A model generated the notes under the pieces. The model saw nothing but the letters and a program-made list of their open reading frames with translations. It had not been told where the DNA came from and ran no database searches. DNA of 64,000 nt from an uncultured delta proteobacterium (GTDB taxonomy: Bacteria; Myxococcota_A; UBA9160; SMWR01), in contig CAWHTE010000011.1 of NCBI GenBank assembly GCA_963832165.1, forward strand, positions 256,001 to 320,000. Direction: 5' to 3'. Below are positions 44,057 through 54,094 of this stretch, piece after piece. Numbering within the stretch: position 1 is the stretch's first letter; every line of letters starts with the position of its first letter. The translations under genes were made by a program, and so were the position numbers.

Positions 44057-44953
44057 TGCGCGCGCTCGCGCTGGTCCTCGCGCTCGGGTTCGCGGGAGCA
44101 GCTGCCGGCGGCTGCACGCGAAGATTCCCCGCCGAGCACGCCCTCGCTGTGGCGCGCGCTGCGCGCGAACGGCGGCGAGGCGTTCTACCTGATCGGCTCG
44201 GTGCATCTGGGGCGGCGCTCGATGCTGCGCTTCCCGAAGGCGGTGGACGACGCCTACCGCCGGTCCGCTGAGCTCGTGCTCGAGGTCGGCGCCGAGGAGC
44301 TCCAGCCGGACGCCATCGCGCGGCTCACCCAGCGCTATGGGTGGATCGAGCCGCCCGCGACGCTTCACGATCGCGTGTCGCGCCAGACCCTCGACCGGCT
44401 CGCGCGCTATCTCGCGTCGCGCCGCGAGAAGCTCGAGCCCTACCTGAAGATGCGGCCCTGGTTGATCGCGCAGCAGATCGACTCACGCGAGGCGCAGCGC
44501 GCCGGGCTCGACGCGGCGTTCGGGGTCGACCGCCACTTCGCGAGCCGCGCCGCGCGCGAGAAGCCCGTGGTGGGACTCGAGACCGCCGAGTCGCAGATGC
44601 AGATTCTCGCGTGGCTGCCGCGCGCGACGCAGGAAGCGCTGCTCGTCGACACGATCGAGCACGTACGCGATGCGCGCAACAGCAGCGAGGGCGTCGCACG
44701 CGCGTGGGCGCGCGGCGACGACAAGGAGCTGGAGCGGATCGTCTACCGCTCGATGAACGAATCCCCCAAGCTCTCGATCTACTACGAGCGCATGCTGATC
44801 GGCCGCAACGAGAGCATGGCCCAGCGGCTCGCGAGCCTCGCGCGCGACGGCAAGCTGCGCTTCGTGGTGGTCGGCGTTGCGCACATGGTTGGCGAGCGCG
44901 GCATCCCGGTGCTGCTGCGCGACTACGGCTTTCGCGTCGACCGGGTGAGGTGA
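44056..44953 (+). CDS. TraB/GumN family protein; frameshift near 44115
   Basis: Signal peptide, then PSLWR..YLIGSVHL, GVD, GLETAESQ, RNESMA, VVVGVAHMVGERG. Confidence 0.85.
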
Positions 44954-44956
44954 TCC

Positions 44957-45684
44957 ATGAAGACGTCCGACGTCGAGCTCGGCTTCCTCGCGCTTCCCGA
45001 CCGCACGCCCGCCCCCGGCGTGGTGATGATCCACGACGTCTGGGGCCTCTCGGATCACACGCGCGACTACGCGACGCGGCTCGCGCGCGAGGGCTTTGCC
45101 GTGCTCGCGATCGATCTGTACCGGCGCGATCGCCCCGAGAAGATCGAGGACCCCGGTCGTTGGATGCGCGCGCTCTCGGATCCCCAGGTGCTCTCCGACC
45201 TGGGGGCAGGCGCGCGCTTCCTCGCATCGCAGTCCGAGACGAACGGCCGCGTCGGCGTGCTCGGCTTCTGCATGGGCGGCATGTATGCGCTCATGGCGGG
45301 CTGCGCCGACCTCGGATTCGCGGCCTCGGTGCCGTTCTACGGCCTCCTGTCGCACGGGCACGGGATCCTGCACGACCCGAACGGGCTCGACCCCGCGACC
45401 AAGCCCCGCGAGCCGATCGCGATGGCTGCGGAGCTGCGCTGCCCGCTGCTCGCGTTCTTCGGCGACCAGGACACCTTCATCCCCGAGAAGGATGTGGAGG
45501 CGCTGCGGCGCGAGCTCGCGCGTGCGCGCGCGAAGTGGGAGCTCGTCGTGGTGCCCGGCGCAGGGCACGCGTTCATGAACGACACGCGGCCCGACGCGTA
45601 TCGCCCAGAGGCGGCGGTGGAAGCGTGGCGCCGCACCGTAGGTTTCTTGCGCGCGCAGCTCGGCGGATTACGCCCTCGGGCTAA
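44957..45684 (+). CDS. Dienelactone hydrolase family protein (3' end runs into a REP; stop uncertain)
   Basis: IHDVWGL, GFCMGG, GDQD, AGHAFMND, EAWRRTVGFL. As assembled the frame stays open to 46414; the nearest TAA (45682-84) is in another frame. Confidence 0.88.
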
Positions 45685-45697
45685 TCCGGCCTACAAC
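45661..45697 (-). repeat. GTAG-type REP element (single)
   Basis: The minus strand reads GTTGTAGGCCGGATTAGCCCGAGGGCGTAATCCGCC: a GTAG foot plus an imperfect palindrome, between convergent genes. Confidence 0.8.
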
Positions 45698-46401
45698 GGT
45701 CGCGCGAGCACGAGCGCGAGCGTGCGCTCGCGCGTCGCGAAGCGCGTGACGCTGCACGTCACGGGGATCTCGCGGCCGCGGTTGTCCACGAGCGAGGACT
45801 CGAAGCGGCGCGGCTCGCAGCCCTCGGTCATCGCCTCGAGCTCGGTCCACCACGAGGCCTGTCGTGCGCTCGGTACGAACGCCATCGCGTCGACGCCGAG
45901 CAGCGCATCGCGCGCGATGCCGAGCAGCGCCCCCGCGGCCGGATTCGCATCGACGATCAGGCCCGAATCGGCGTCGAGCGCGAGGAAGCCATCGGCCACG
46001 CGGTCGATTGCGGCGCTCACGGCGCGCCGCTTGGCGTGTGCCGCGCCCTTGGCGCGGCGGACCCCCGTGGACTGGCGCAGCCGCGCGACGAACGCCTGCT
46101 GGAGCGGCCGCAGCGCCGACTCGATCGCATCGCCGTGCGGAGCGCCCGCGGCCGCCGCGGCGCCGATCCAGCCGTCGAGCAGCGCGGAGGCGCGGCGATC
46201 GTGGACGCGCAGGCCCTCGAGCGCGGGCTCGGCGGGCCGCCCGCTCGCGAGCGCGGCCGCCGCGCAGCTCCGGAAGCGCCGCAGCAGCTCGGCCTCCGCG
46301 CTCGCCGGCTGCGGGGCCGCTCTGCCGAGCTGTGCGTTCAGGAGCGATTCGATCTGGACGCGGTGGCGGATCAGGAAGGTGGCGAGGTTCGCTCCGGTCA
46401 C
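45691..46401 (-). CDS. PAS domain-containing protein
   Basis: DRVADGFLALDADSGLIVDANPAAGALLG..RGREIPV C-terminal PAS domain; helical N-terminal domain. Confidence 0.8.
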   Translation of the reverse strand: MTGANLATFLIRHRVQIESLLNAQLGRAAPQPASAEAELLRRFRSCAAAALASGRPAEPALEGLRVHDRRASALLDGWIGAAAAAGAPHGDAIESALRPLQQAFVARLRQSTGVRRAKGAAHAKRRAVSAAIDRVADGFLALDADSGLIVDANPAAGALLGIARDALLGVDAMAFVPSARQASWWTELEAMTEGCEPRRFESSLVDNRGREIPVTCSVTRFATRERTLALVLARPL

Positions 46402-46459
46402 ACCGGCAATTTAACCCCCGCACCGTTGCCTCGCCTCAACCTTTGCGAGCGATTTGCCG

Positions 46460-47110
46460 ATGCGACCGGAGATGGAAACCGCAGTCGAAAAGCACGTCCT
46501 CATCAGCCACGCCGGACCCGAGGCGTACGCGCCCATGACGCGCGTGATCCTCGCGAAGCTGGGCTACCTGATCCTGCTTCCCGAAGAGCTCGAGTCGATC
46601 GCCGAGCTCATGGACTCGCGCCCGATCGTGCGTCTGCTCGACGAGCGCCAGTTCGCCGACATCCCGGATGACGGCGACGGCATTCCGATCATCCTGCTCA
46701 CGGGCCGCCACGGCGCGACCGGCGCCGACGCGCGGATCGCGGGCGCGGTGAAGCGGCCCGCGGGCATGCACGAGCTCTATCGCCTGATCCAGCAGATCTC
46801 CGAGGACACGCCGCGCTCCACGCCGCGCGTGCCCACGCATCTGTCGGCGCACTGCAAGAGCGATGGCAAGGAATGGGGCTGCACGGTGCTCTCGCTGTCG
46901 GAGAACGGCTGCCTCGTGCGCACCCCGGAGCCGGTCTCGCTCGGTCACCGCCTCCAGCTCAGCTTCGAGCTCCCGCGCTGCGGGCGGATCCAGCTCGAGG
47001 CCGAGGCCGCGTATCAGCTGATCCCCGACATGGGTCTGATCTTCCAGTCCACGCGCCAGAAGGACCGCGAGGCGATCGCGGCGTTCGTGACCAGCGCGCT
47101 CCTGTCGTAG
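46460..47110 (+). CDS. PilZ domain protein with a degenerate receiver-like N-terminus
   Basis: RSTPR (RxxxR) and SLSENG ([DN]xSxxG-like) motifs; N-terminal PIILLTG. Confidence 0.8.
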   Translation: MRPEMETAVEKHVLISHAGPEAYAPMTRVILAKLGYLILLPEELESIAELMDSRPIVRLLDERQFADIPDDGDGIPIILLTGRHGATGADARIAGAVKRPAGMHELYRLIQQISEDTPRSTPRVPTHLSAHCKSDGKEWGCTVLSLSENGCLVRTPEPVSLGHRLQLSFELPRCGRIQLEAEAAYQLIPDMGLIFQSTRQKDREAIAAFVTSALLS

Positions 47111-47115
47111 CTCTC

Positions 47116-47195
47116 GTAGGGCGGGAGAGCGAAAGCGATCCCGCCGTTCCGACCGTTGCAATGGCGGGATCCGCCTTCGGCTCCTCCCGCCCTAC
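47116..47195. repeat. GTAG-type REP doublet (inverted pair, REPIN-like)
   Basis: GTAGGGCGGGAG...CTCCCGCCCTAC is a perfect 12-bp terminal inverted repeat; each half is itself a hairpin; lies between convergent genes. Confidence 0.85.
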
Positions 47196-48418
47196 TAGAA
47201 CTCGAACCCGAAGTCCGCGCGCGCCGTGTGCACCGCGTAGTCGTGGTCGCCGAAGTCCGACTCCCAGCCGATCCGCATCCGGACGATGTCGAGGATCTTC
47301 ACGCCTACCGCCGCGAACGGCGACGCGTACCAGTCGATCGCGGCGTGCGTGCCGAGAAAGTTCGTGAGCGACGCGCCTCCCTCCAGCCAGAGCCGCTCTG
47401 CACCGAGCGGATAGATCGCGAGCTTGGCTCCGTTGCGGGTGATCCACTGATCGAGCTCGGTATCGATCGAGATGTCCTCGATCTCGCCCAGATCGACGCC
47501 GCCGTAGTAGAAGATCGAGTTGGCGATCGTGAACTCCAGGGGACCCGCGTTCAGCCCGAGCGAGTTCACGCCGCCGCCGCCCACCATGTATCCACCCGAG
47601 AGGGTGTCGCGCGACACTCCGCCGCCGGTCTGCACGAGGGGAGTGAGCGACCAGCGGACGGGATTCCCTTCGCCGGGTCGGAGGATCCGGAGTGGGACGG
47701 CGAGCTCGAAACCCGCGTCGTAGATGTCGGCGCTGTCATAGCTGCGGTACTGGCCGATCCCCGTGAGATAGAGGCCCGCGCCGGGATCGGATTCGCCGCC
47801 GATCGTCACCGAGGCGTCGGCTGCCCACAGGTCGTTGAACGGGTCCGAGTCGATTCCGCCGGCGCTCGCATCGGCGTAGATGTCGAAGTAGCCCTCGTGC
47901 TCGTCCTCGCCGCCTTCGGGGTCGTGCGGGCGCAGCGCTCCGAGGCCGTAGCGGTCGAAAGCACCGCGCGCGAACAGCGCCGTGGTGGCGCGCGGGTTGC
48001 CGTCGAGCAGCGCGAGCGGCGTCTGCGAGCTCGTCTCCTCGTAGAACTTCGAGAGCTCGTCCGCGCCGTCGTCCTCGAAGAACTCCTCGATCTGGTCCTC
48101 CACGTCGGAGGGGGTGGTTCCCACGAACGTTCGCGAGAATCCAGTCGACGGAATTCGCACCGCGACGGTCGTCGGCGTGACCGCCTGGAACACGACGGCA
48201 TCGCGGATGCCCAGGTAGTCGAGCGTCGCGGTGGAGGCGAGGGGGAGTCCACTGAACGCCCCTTGCCGAAGGATGAAGTCGTCCACGATCTCTTCGAGAT
48301 CGTGGCCAGCTTCCACCGCGCTGCCCGCTTGCAGGATGAACAATTCGCGCGCGCCCGTGGCCGTCGACAGGCCGAGAACGAGGGCGATGACGGCCGCCGT
48401 GCGAGGCACTAGCGTCAT
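47195..48418 (-). CDS. Hypothetical outer-membrane beta-barrel-like protein
   Basis: Signal peptide, Gly/aromatic alternating strands, C-terminal DFGFEF. Confidence 0.65.
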   Translation of the reverse strand: MTLVPRTAAVIALVLGLSTATGARELFILQAGSAVEAGHDLEEIVDDFILRQGAFSGLPLASTATLDYLGIRDAVVFQAVTPTTVAVRIPSTGFSRTFVGTTPSDVEDQIEEFFEDDGADELSKFYEETSSQTPLALLDGNPRATTALFARGAFDRYGLGALRPHDPEGGEDEHEGYFDIYADASAGGIDSDPFNDLWAADASVTIGGESDPGAGLYLTGIGQYRSYDSADIYDAGFELAVPLRILRPGEGNPVRWSLTPLVQTGGGVSRDTLSGGYMVGGGGVNSLGLNAGPLEFTIANSIFYYGGVDLGEIEDISIDTELDQWITRNGAKLAIYPLGAERLWLEGGASLTNFLGTHAAIDWYASPFAAVGVKILDIVRMRIGWESDFGDHDYAVHTARADFGFEF

Positions 48419-48481
48419 ACTGGGCTTACCTCTTCGCGGCCGAAATCCAGATTACGCAACTCGCGAGGCCTCGCCACCGTC

Positions 48482-49670
48482 ATGGCTTCCCATCGGGACC
48501 TCGATCTGTTCGCGCCCACTCCCGAGCACGCGCTGCTCGCCGACACGCTCGAGACGTTCGTCGCGCGCGAGGTGGAGCCGCAGGCGGCCGACCACGACCG
48601 CCGCGAGGCCTTCAACCACGCGCTGTTCCGGCGCGCGGGCGAGCTGGGTCTGCTCGGCGTGACGCTGCCCGAGGAGTACGGCGGCGCCGGGCTCGACGCG
48701 GTCGCAGCGGCGCAGGTGTGCGAGGCGCTCTCGACCTCCGATCCGGGGTTCGCGCTCGCGGTGCTCGCACACGCGATCTTGTTTGCGCAGAACGTGAACG
48801 TGAACGGCAACGACGTGCAGCGCAAGCGCGTGCTGCCCAAGGCCGCCTCGGGCGAGTGGATCGGCGGCATGTGCATGACCGAGCCGGGCGTGGGCACCGA
48901 CGTGCTCGCCATGGCGACGCGCGCGCGGCGCGACGGCGGCGACTACGTGCTCGACGGCACCAAGACCTTCATCACCAACGGCGGCGTCGACGATCACACG
49001 CTCGGCGACGCGTTCGTGGTGTACGCGCGCACGGGCGAGCGCGTGATCAGCTCGTTCCTGGTCGAGCGCGGGATGCCGGGGTTCCGACTCGGTCAGAAGT
49101 GGACCGACAAGCTCGGCATGCGCGCGAGCATCACCTCCGAGCTCGTGTTCGACGGCGTGCGCGTTCCGGCCGAGAACCGGCTCGGCGCCGAGGGCGAGGG
49201 CACGCGCGCGATGATGCGCAACCTCGAGATCGAGCGGCTCACGCTCGCAGCGATGTCGGTGGGCATCGCGCGCCGCTGCCTGCGCGTGATGATCGACTAC
49301 GCGAACGAGCGCAAGAGCTTTGGTGTTCCGCTGCGCGAGCACGGGCAGATCCAGCGCTACCTCGCCGAGACGTTCGCGGAGTACCGGGCCGCGAAGACGC
49401 TCGTCTACGACACCGCGCGCCGGCTCGACCTGGCCTCCACGGGCCAGCGGGTCGACGCCGACGCCGTCGAAGCTGTTCGCGAGCCAGGTCGGCAAGCGCG
49501 CGGCCGACGCCGCGATCCAGGTGCTCGGTGGCTACGGCTACATGGGCGAGTACGTGGTGGCGCGGCTGTGGCGCGACGCCAAGCTGCTCGAGATCGGCGG
49601 TGGGACGATCGAGGCGCACCACAAGAATCTCGCGAAGGACCTCACGCGGGATCCGTCGCAGCTGCGTTAG
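48482..49670 (+). CDS. Acyl-CoA dehydrogenase (isovaleryl-CoA dehydrogenase-like); frameshift near 49465
   Basis: PEEYGGAG, CMTEPGVGTD, GTKTFITNG, KLGMRAS; second frame AIQVLGGYGY..RLWRDAKLLEIGGGT. Confidence 0.9.
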
Positions 49671-49684
49671 GCAGGCAGGAGATC

Positions 49685-50578
49685 ATGGAAACGCTTCGCA
49701 CCGAGACGGCGGAGGGCGTGCGCGAGATCGTGCTCTGCCGCGCCGATGCCTACAACACGATCACGCCCGCGCTGCGCGACGAGCTCGCCGCGGCGATCGA
49801 CGCGGCCGACGCGGACCGCGACGTGCGCGTGATCCTGCTGCGCGCCGAGGGGCGCGCGTTCTGCGCGGGCTATGCGCTCGACTGGGGAACGGCCGCGCAA
49901 GCGCGCGAAGCGCGCGCGCAGCGAGGCGAAGCCGAGCGAAGTTCAGAAGGTGGGGCGAGCGAAGCCAAGACCGAGCGCGTCTGGGACTCCGTCGCCGACA
50001 TGCGCATGATCGGGAGCTTCGTCGATACCTACATGAAGCTCTGGTACGCGAAGAAGCCCACGATCGCCGCGGTGCAGGGCTGGTGCATCGGCGGCGGCAC
50101 CGACATGGTGTTGTGTGCGGATCTGATCGTGGCGGGCGAGGGCGCGTCGTTCGGATATCCGCCCTCGCGCGTCTGGGGCACGCCCACCACCGCGATGTGG
50201 GTGTACCGGATGGGTCTCGAGCGCGCGAAGCGCTACCTGCTCACGGGCGACGAGATCCCCGCGCGCACGGCGGCCGAGATCGGGCTCGTGCTCGAGGTGG
50301 TGCCCGACGCAGAGCTCGAAGCGCACGCGCGCGCGCTCGCGCGCCGGATCGCGCGCGTGCCGACCACTCAGCTCGTGATGCTCAAGCTCTTGTGCAACCA
50401 GACGGTGGAGAACATGGGCTTCGCCGCGAGCCGCACGCTCGGAACGCTATTCGACGGGATCGCGCGCCACACCCAGGAAGGTCTCGACTTCGTGCGCCGC
50501 GCCGAGCAGGCGGGCTTCCGCGAGGCCGTGCGCGAGCGCGACGATCCGTTCGGCGACTACGGCAGCCGCCGCCGCTAG
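49685..50578 (+). CDS. Crotonase/enoyl-CoA hydratase family protein carrying an in-frame repeat insertion
   Basis: EGRAFCAG, KPTIAAVQGWCIGGG, AKRYLLTGDEI; extra segment REARAQRGEAERSSEGGASEAK. Confidence 0.9.
   Translation: METLRTETAEGVREIVLCRADAYNTITPALRDELAAAIDAADADRDVRVILLRAEGRAFCAGYALDWGTAAQAREARAQRGEAERSSEGGASEAKTERVWDSVADMRMIGSFVDTYMKLWYAKKPTIAAVQGWCIGGGTDMVLCADLIVAGEGASFGYPPSRVWGTPTTAMWVYRMGLERAKRYLLTGDEIPARTAAEIGLVLEVVPDAELEAHARALARRIARVPTTQLVMLKLLCNQTVENMGFAASRTLGTLFDGIARHTQEGLDFVRRAEQAGFREAVRERDDPFGDYGSRRR
49915..49966 (+). repeat. Structured short repeat, copy inside enoyl-CoA hydratase (plus a partial copy)
   Basis: CGCGCAGCGAG-GCGAAGC-CGAGCGAAGTTC at 49915-49944 and a partial GGCGAGCGAAG at 49954-49964. 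Confidence 0.75.
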
Positions 50579-50603
50579 GGCGGACTCCACGCAGCGCGCG
50601 CGG

Positions 50604-51770
50604 TCAACCGCGATGTCGTCGGCGTCTCCGGTGCGCGGCGGCGAGCAACGCGGCGCCGGCGGCCAGGCCGAGCGGCCCGGGCGGCTCGGGCACCGCCGTG
50701 ATGTTGTCGATGCCGAGCGTCGCCGTGACAGGGATCGGCGTCGGGCCGGGTGTGCTCGGCGCACCATCGTCGTGGCGGATCAGCAGCCGCTCCACGTTCG
50801 CGAGCGACGCTGCGTACGAGTCGGTGCCCAGCACGCGCGTGAGGTCGGCCTCGGCGAGCGAGAAGGTCACGGGAGTCCAGGTATCGTTGGCCGCCAGCGC
50901 GACCGCATTCGTCGAGGTCCACGCCGTGCACGCGGCACCTCCCTGGTCGCATCCGGGCGTGAACAGCACGATCCGGAGGCTGAGCGGATCCGAGCCGGAG
51001 GAGTTCCTCGCGTCGACCTCGATCTGATCGATCTCCTCGGCGAGGTAGTCGCCCGCCCACTGGTCGAGGTTGAAGGTGCCGAGCGGACCCGCGGTCGAGG
51101 TGATGCGCAGAAAGAGGTCGCCCGCGCCCGTCTGCCCGTTCGGTTGATTCGAGGGCGTCGACCCTCCGGCCCAGTTCGCGACGGTGCCACCCTGGAAATC
51201 GTCGATCTGGTCGAGCACGAGCAGCGACGCGTTCACCGGAGCGCTGATGCCGGCGTAGTTGGTCGGCGAGTTCGTGGCCTGCGGGCTGTTGGGCGCGGGC
51301 CCCACACCGCAATCGAGCGAGCCGACCCCGTCCGTCGGAATCGGGACGCTGAAGGTGCAGGTGTCCCAGGTGGAGAAGTCCACCGAGTCGCCGGCAGGGT
51401 TGAAGAAGAATGGAAGCTTGTCGGCAGTGATGATCGCATCGGGCGTCGGCGCTCCCGGCAAGGCCGCGAAGCCCGGCGTCGCGATCAGATAGAACCGGTT
51501 GGCGGTGTTGCCGACCTGAGTCGCCCCGCCGACAACGGTCCAGGAGAAGCTCTTCGCGTTGCTGGTGATCGTGCTATTGCTGACACCGGTTTCGCTGGGA
51601 CCACCGGCAGCCTCCTTCAGCTCGACGAACTGGATCGTGCCATCGGCGTTGCTGAAGACTTCGCTGACGTCCCAGGTATGGATGCCGGCGAACGCGGAAG
51701 ACGAGCTCAGGGCTAATAGAAAATGGACTGCGAGCGGAAGGGTGCGTACGGGCTTTGCCATGATCGGCAC
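50604..51770 (-). CDS. PEP-CTERM sorting domain-containing surface protein
   Basis: Signal peptide; EVFSNADGTIQFVEL; C-terminal VPEPPGPLGLAAGAALLAAAHRRRRR. Confidence 0.85.
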   Translation of the reverse strand: MPIMAKPVRTLPLAVHFLLALSSSSAFAGIHTWDVSEVFSNADGTIQFVELKEAAGGPSETGVSNSTITSNAKSFSWTVVGGATQVGNTANRFYLIATPGFAALPGAPTPDAIITADKLPFFFNPAGDSVDFSTWDTCTFSVPIPTDGVGSLDCGVGPAPNSPQATNSPTNYAGISAPVNASLLVLDQIDDFQGGTVANWAGGSTPSNQPNGQTGAGDLFLRITSTAGPLGTFNLDQWAGDYLAEEIDQIEVDARNSSGSDPLSLRIVLFTPGCDQGGAACTAWTSTNAVALAANDTWTPVTFSLAEADLTRVLGTDSYAASLANVERLLIRHDDGAPSTPGPTPIPVTATLGIDNITAVPEPPGPLGLAAGAALLAAAHRRRRRHRG

Positions 51771-51835
51771 TCCTCTTGGCTCCGCGGGTGGAGCGGGGAT
51801 CGTTCGGGCCCGGAACGAGTTGGCATTCTATCAGG

Positions 51836-52708
51836 ATGATCACCTCTGCGAACGCCATCTCGAGGTTGGGGCTGCTCGGGCTCGCGATCGCCCTGGGCTG
51901 CGACCGTGAAACGCGTGATACACCGCTTCCGGCGGCGTCCGCGGGGGTAGCGAACCGGGTGGTCTCTTTGTCCCCGCTCGCGACGCGCTTCGTGGCGAGG
52001 ATCGGCGCCGGGGATCGGCTCGTGGCGGCCGACGCGGACTCGCTGCGCCTGCGGGAGCTGGCGGGGCTCCCCGTCGTCGTCGATCTTGCTGGCGCGCTGC
52101 CTCTCGCACCCGATCTGGTGCTGGTTCCGCAGGCCCCGAGCCCAGGGGACCCGGCCGCCGCGGCGCTGCATCGCCGCGGCGCGCGCGTCGCCGAGTTCGC
52201 TCCGCACGATCTCGAGGACGTGATCGCGCTGGTGCGCGACGTCGGAACGGGGCTCGTCGGTGCGACCGAGGCCGAACGCTTCCAGGCGGCCTTCTCGCGT
52301 CCGCTCGCGAGGATCGGCGGCACCTCGGGCGCACCGACGCGGCCGCGCGTAGTCGCCGTGGTGAGCTTCGATCCGCTCGTGATCGCAGGAGGACACAGCT
52401 TCGAGACCGACCTGATCGAGATCGCGGGCGGGACCAGCGTCACGCACCCGGGTGAGGAGCCGCGCCTGGCGATCGCGGCGGATCGCTGGGCCGGGCTGGC
52501 CCCCGATCTGATCCTCGTGATCGGTGCCCCACCCGCGTCGCAGCGCGACGAGCAGGCACTGCGCAACGCGCTGCCGCCGGGTCCCGAGGTCGCGTTCTTC
52601 TCGTTCGATCCGTCGTTCTGGCTCGACGCCTCCGACGAGCCCGCGCGGAGGCTGCGCGCCGTGATCGAGCCGGTCGCCGCGCGCATGGCGCAGCGCGCAT
52701 CGCACTAG
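51836..52708 (+). CDS. ABC transporter substrate-binding lipoprotein (BtuF-like helical-backbone receptor)
   Basis: LGC lipobox, RVVSLSP, AGGHSF..DLIEIAGG, APDLIL. Confidence 0.75.
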   Translation: MITSANAISRLGLLGLAIALGCDRETRDTPLPAASAGVANRVVSLSPLATRFVARIGAGDRLVAADADSLRLRELAGLPVVVDLAGALPLAPDLVLVPQAPSPGDPAAAALHRRGARVAEFAPHDLEDVIALVRDVGTGLVGATEAERFQAAFSRPLARIGGTSGAPTRPRVVAVVSFDPLVIAGGHSFETDLIEIAGGTSVTHPGEEPRLAIAADRWAGLAPDLILVIGAPPASQRDEQALRNALPPGPEVAFFSFDPSFWLDASDEPARRLRAVIEPVAARMAQRASH

Positions 52709-52714
52709 AACGCC

Positions 52715-54094
52715 CTATGCACTTTCCATCGGTCGGAGCTCCGACAGCATCGTCGGCACGAGCTCGGAGACGGTCGGATGAATGTGCATCGCGCGACGGA
52801 TCACCGTCCAAGGCGCCTTCGCGTACATCACGTCGAGAATCGAGTGGATGACCTCGTCGCCGCCGGTGCCGAGGATCGCGGCACCGAGGATGGCATGGGT
52901 CTCGGCATCGACGGCGATCTTCATGAATCCCTGCGTCTCGCCCTTCTCGACCGCGCGTCCGACGCGCGTCATCGGCCGCTTGGCGACGAGCGCTTTGCGG
53001 CCGCTTTTGCGGATCTCTCCCTCGGTCATCCCGGCACGACCGAGCGGCGGATCGACGTACAGCGCGTACGCAGTGATCCGATCGCTGACTCTGCGTGAAT
53101 CGCTCTCGAGCAAGTTGGCGATGACGATCTCGCCGTCGTTGTACGAAGTATGCGTGAACGCGCCCTTGCCGTTGCAGTCGCCGAGCGCCCAGACACCCGG
53201 GACGCTCGTGCGCAGTTGATCGTCGACCACGATGTAGCCGCGCTCGTCGACGGCGACGCCCGCCTCGTCGAGGCCGAGATCGTCGGTGTTGGGGCGCCGG
53301 CCGACGGCGAGCAGCACGTGCGTACCCTGCACTTTCGGCGCACCGTCGGTGCAGTCGACGTTGGCGGCGATCTCGTCGCCGCGCTTTGCGAAGCTGATGC
53401 ACTTCGCGTTCAACCGGACTTGGACGCCCTCGTGCTCGAGGATCTCCCGGATCGCGGTCGAGACGTCTTCGTCCTCGCGACCGATGAGCCGCGGCCCCAT
53501 CTCGATCACCGTCACCTCGGAGCCGAAGCGGCGAAACATCTGCCCGAATTCGAGACCGATGTAGCTGCCGCCGATGACGATCAGGTGCTTCGGCAGGAAG
53601 TCCACCGACATCATCGAGCTATTCGTGAGGAAATCGATCTCGCCGATGCCGGGCATGTCGGGAACGAACGCGCGGCCGCCGACGTTGATGAAGATCTTTT
53701 CGGCGCTCAGGCGCTCTGCGCCGACGCTCAACTCGTGCGCGGACTCGAAGCGCGCGTGGCCTCGATGGACGGTGCAGTTCTCCATGTGGTCGAGCCAGTC
53801 TTCGACGCCGACCCGCGATTGCTTCGAGACCTCATCCTTCCGTGCCTTCACGCTCTTCATGTCGACGCGCACCGAGCCGACATCGACACCATACTCGGCG
53901 GCGCGAGCAGCCATGCGCGCCGCGTACGCGCTCGCCACCATCGTCTTCGTCGGAATGCAGCCGGTGTTGACGCAGGTTCCGCCGAAGACGTTGCGTTCGA
54001 TGACCGCGACCTTCATGCCGGCACCCGCGAGACGAGACGTCACGTAAGGCCCGGCTTGGCCGGTGCCGATGACGATCGCGTCGTAATGGGTCAC
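52715..54094 (-). CDS. FAD-dependent pyridine nucleotide-disulfide oxidoreductase (MerA/RclA-like, no C-terminal CC)
   Basis: IGTGQAG, GGTCVNTGCIPTK, GGSYIGLE, HIHPTVSE. Confidence 0.92.
   Translation of the reverse strand: MTHYDAIVIGTGQAGPYVTSRLAGAGMKVAVIERNVFGGTCVNTGCIPTKTMVASAYAARMAARAAEYGVDVGSVRVDMKSVKARKDEVSKQSRVGVEDWLDHMENCTVHRGHARFESAHELSVGAERLSAEKIFINVGGRAFVPDMPGIGEIDFLTNSSMMSVDFLPKHLIVIGGSYIGLEFGQMFRRFGSEVTVIEMGPRLIGREDEDVSTAIREILEHEGVQVRLNAKCISFAKRGDEIAANVDCTDGAPKVQGTHVLLAVGRRPNTDDLGLDEAGVAVDERGYIVVDDQLRTSVPGVWALGDCNGKGAFTHTSYNDGEIVIANLLESDSRRVSDRITAYALYVDPPLGRAGMTEGEIRKSGRKALVAKRPMTRVGRAVEKGETQGFMKIAVDAETHAILGAAILGTGGDEVIHSILDVMYAKAPWTVIRRAMHIHPTVSELVPTMLSELRPMESA

Noticed and set aside
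48482..50578. Apparent acyl-CoA dehydrogenase-crotonase fusion
   Set aside because: A frameshift near 49465 causes it; the dehydrogenase C-terminus and stop (49670) are in another frame and the crotonase has its own RBS and ATG.
52715..54094. Mercuric reductase merA
   Set aside because: There is no C-terminal Cys-Cys pair, no NmerA domain and no mer operon genes.
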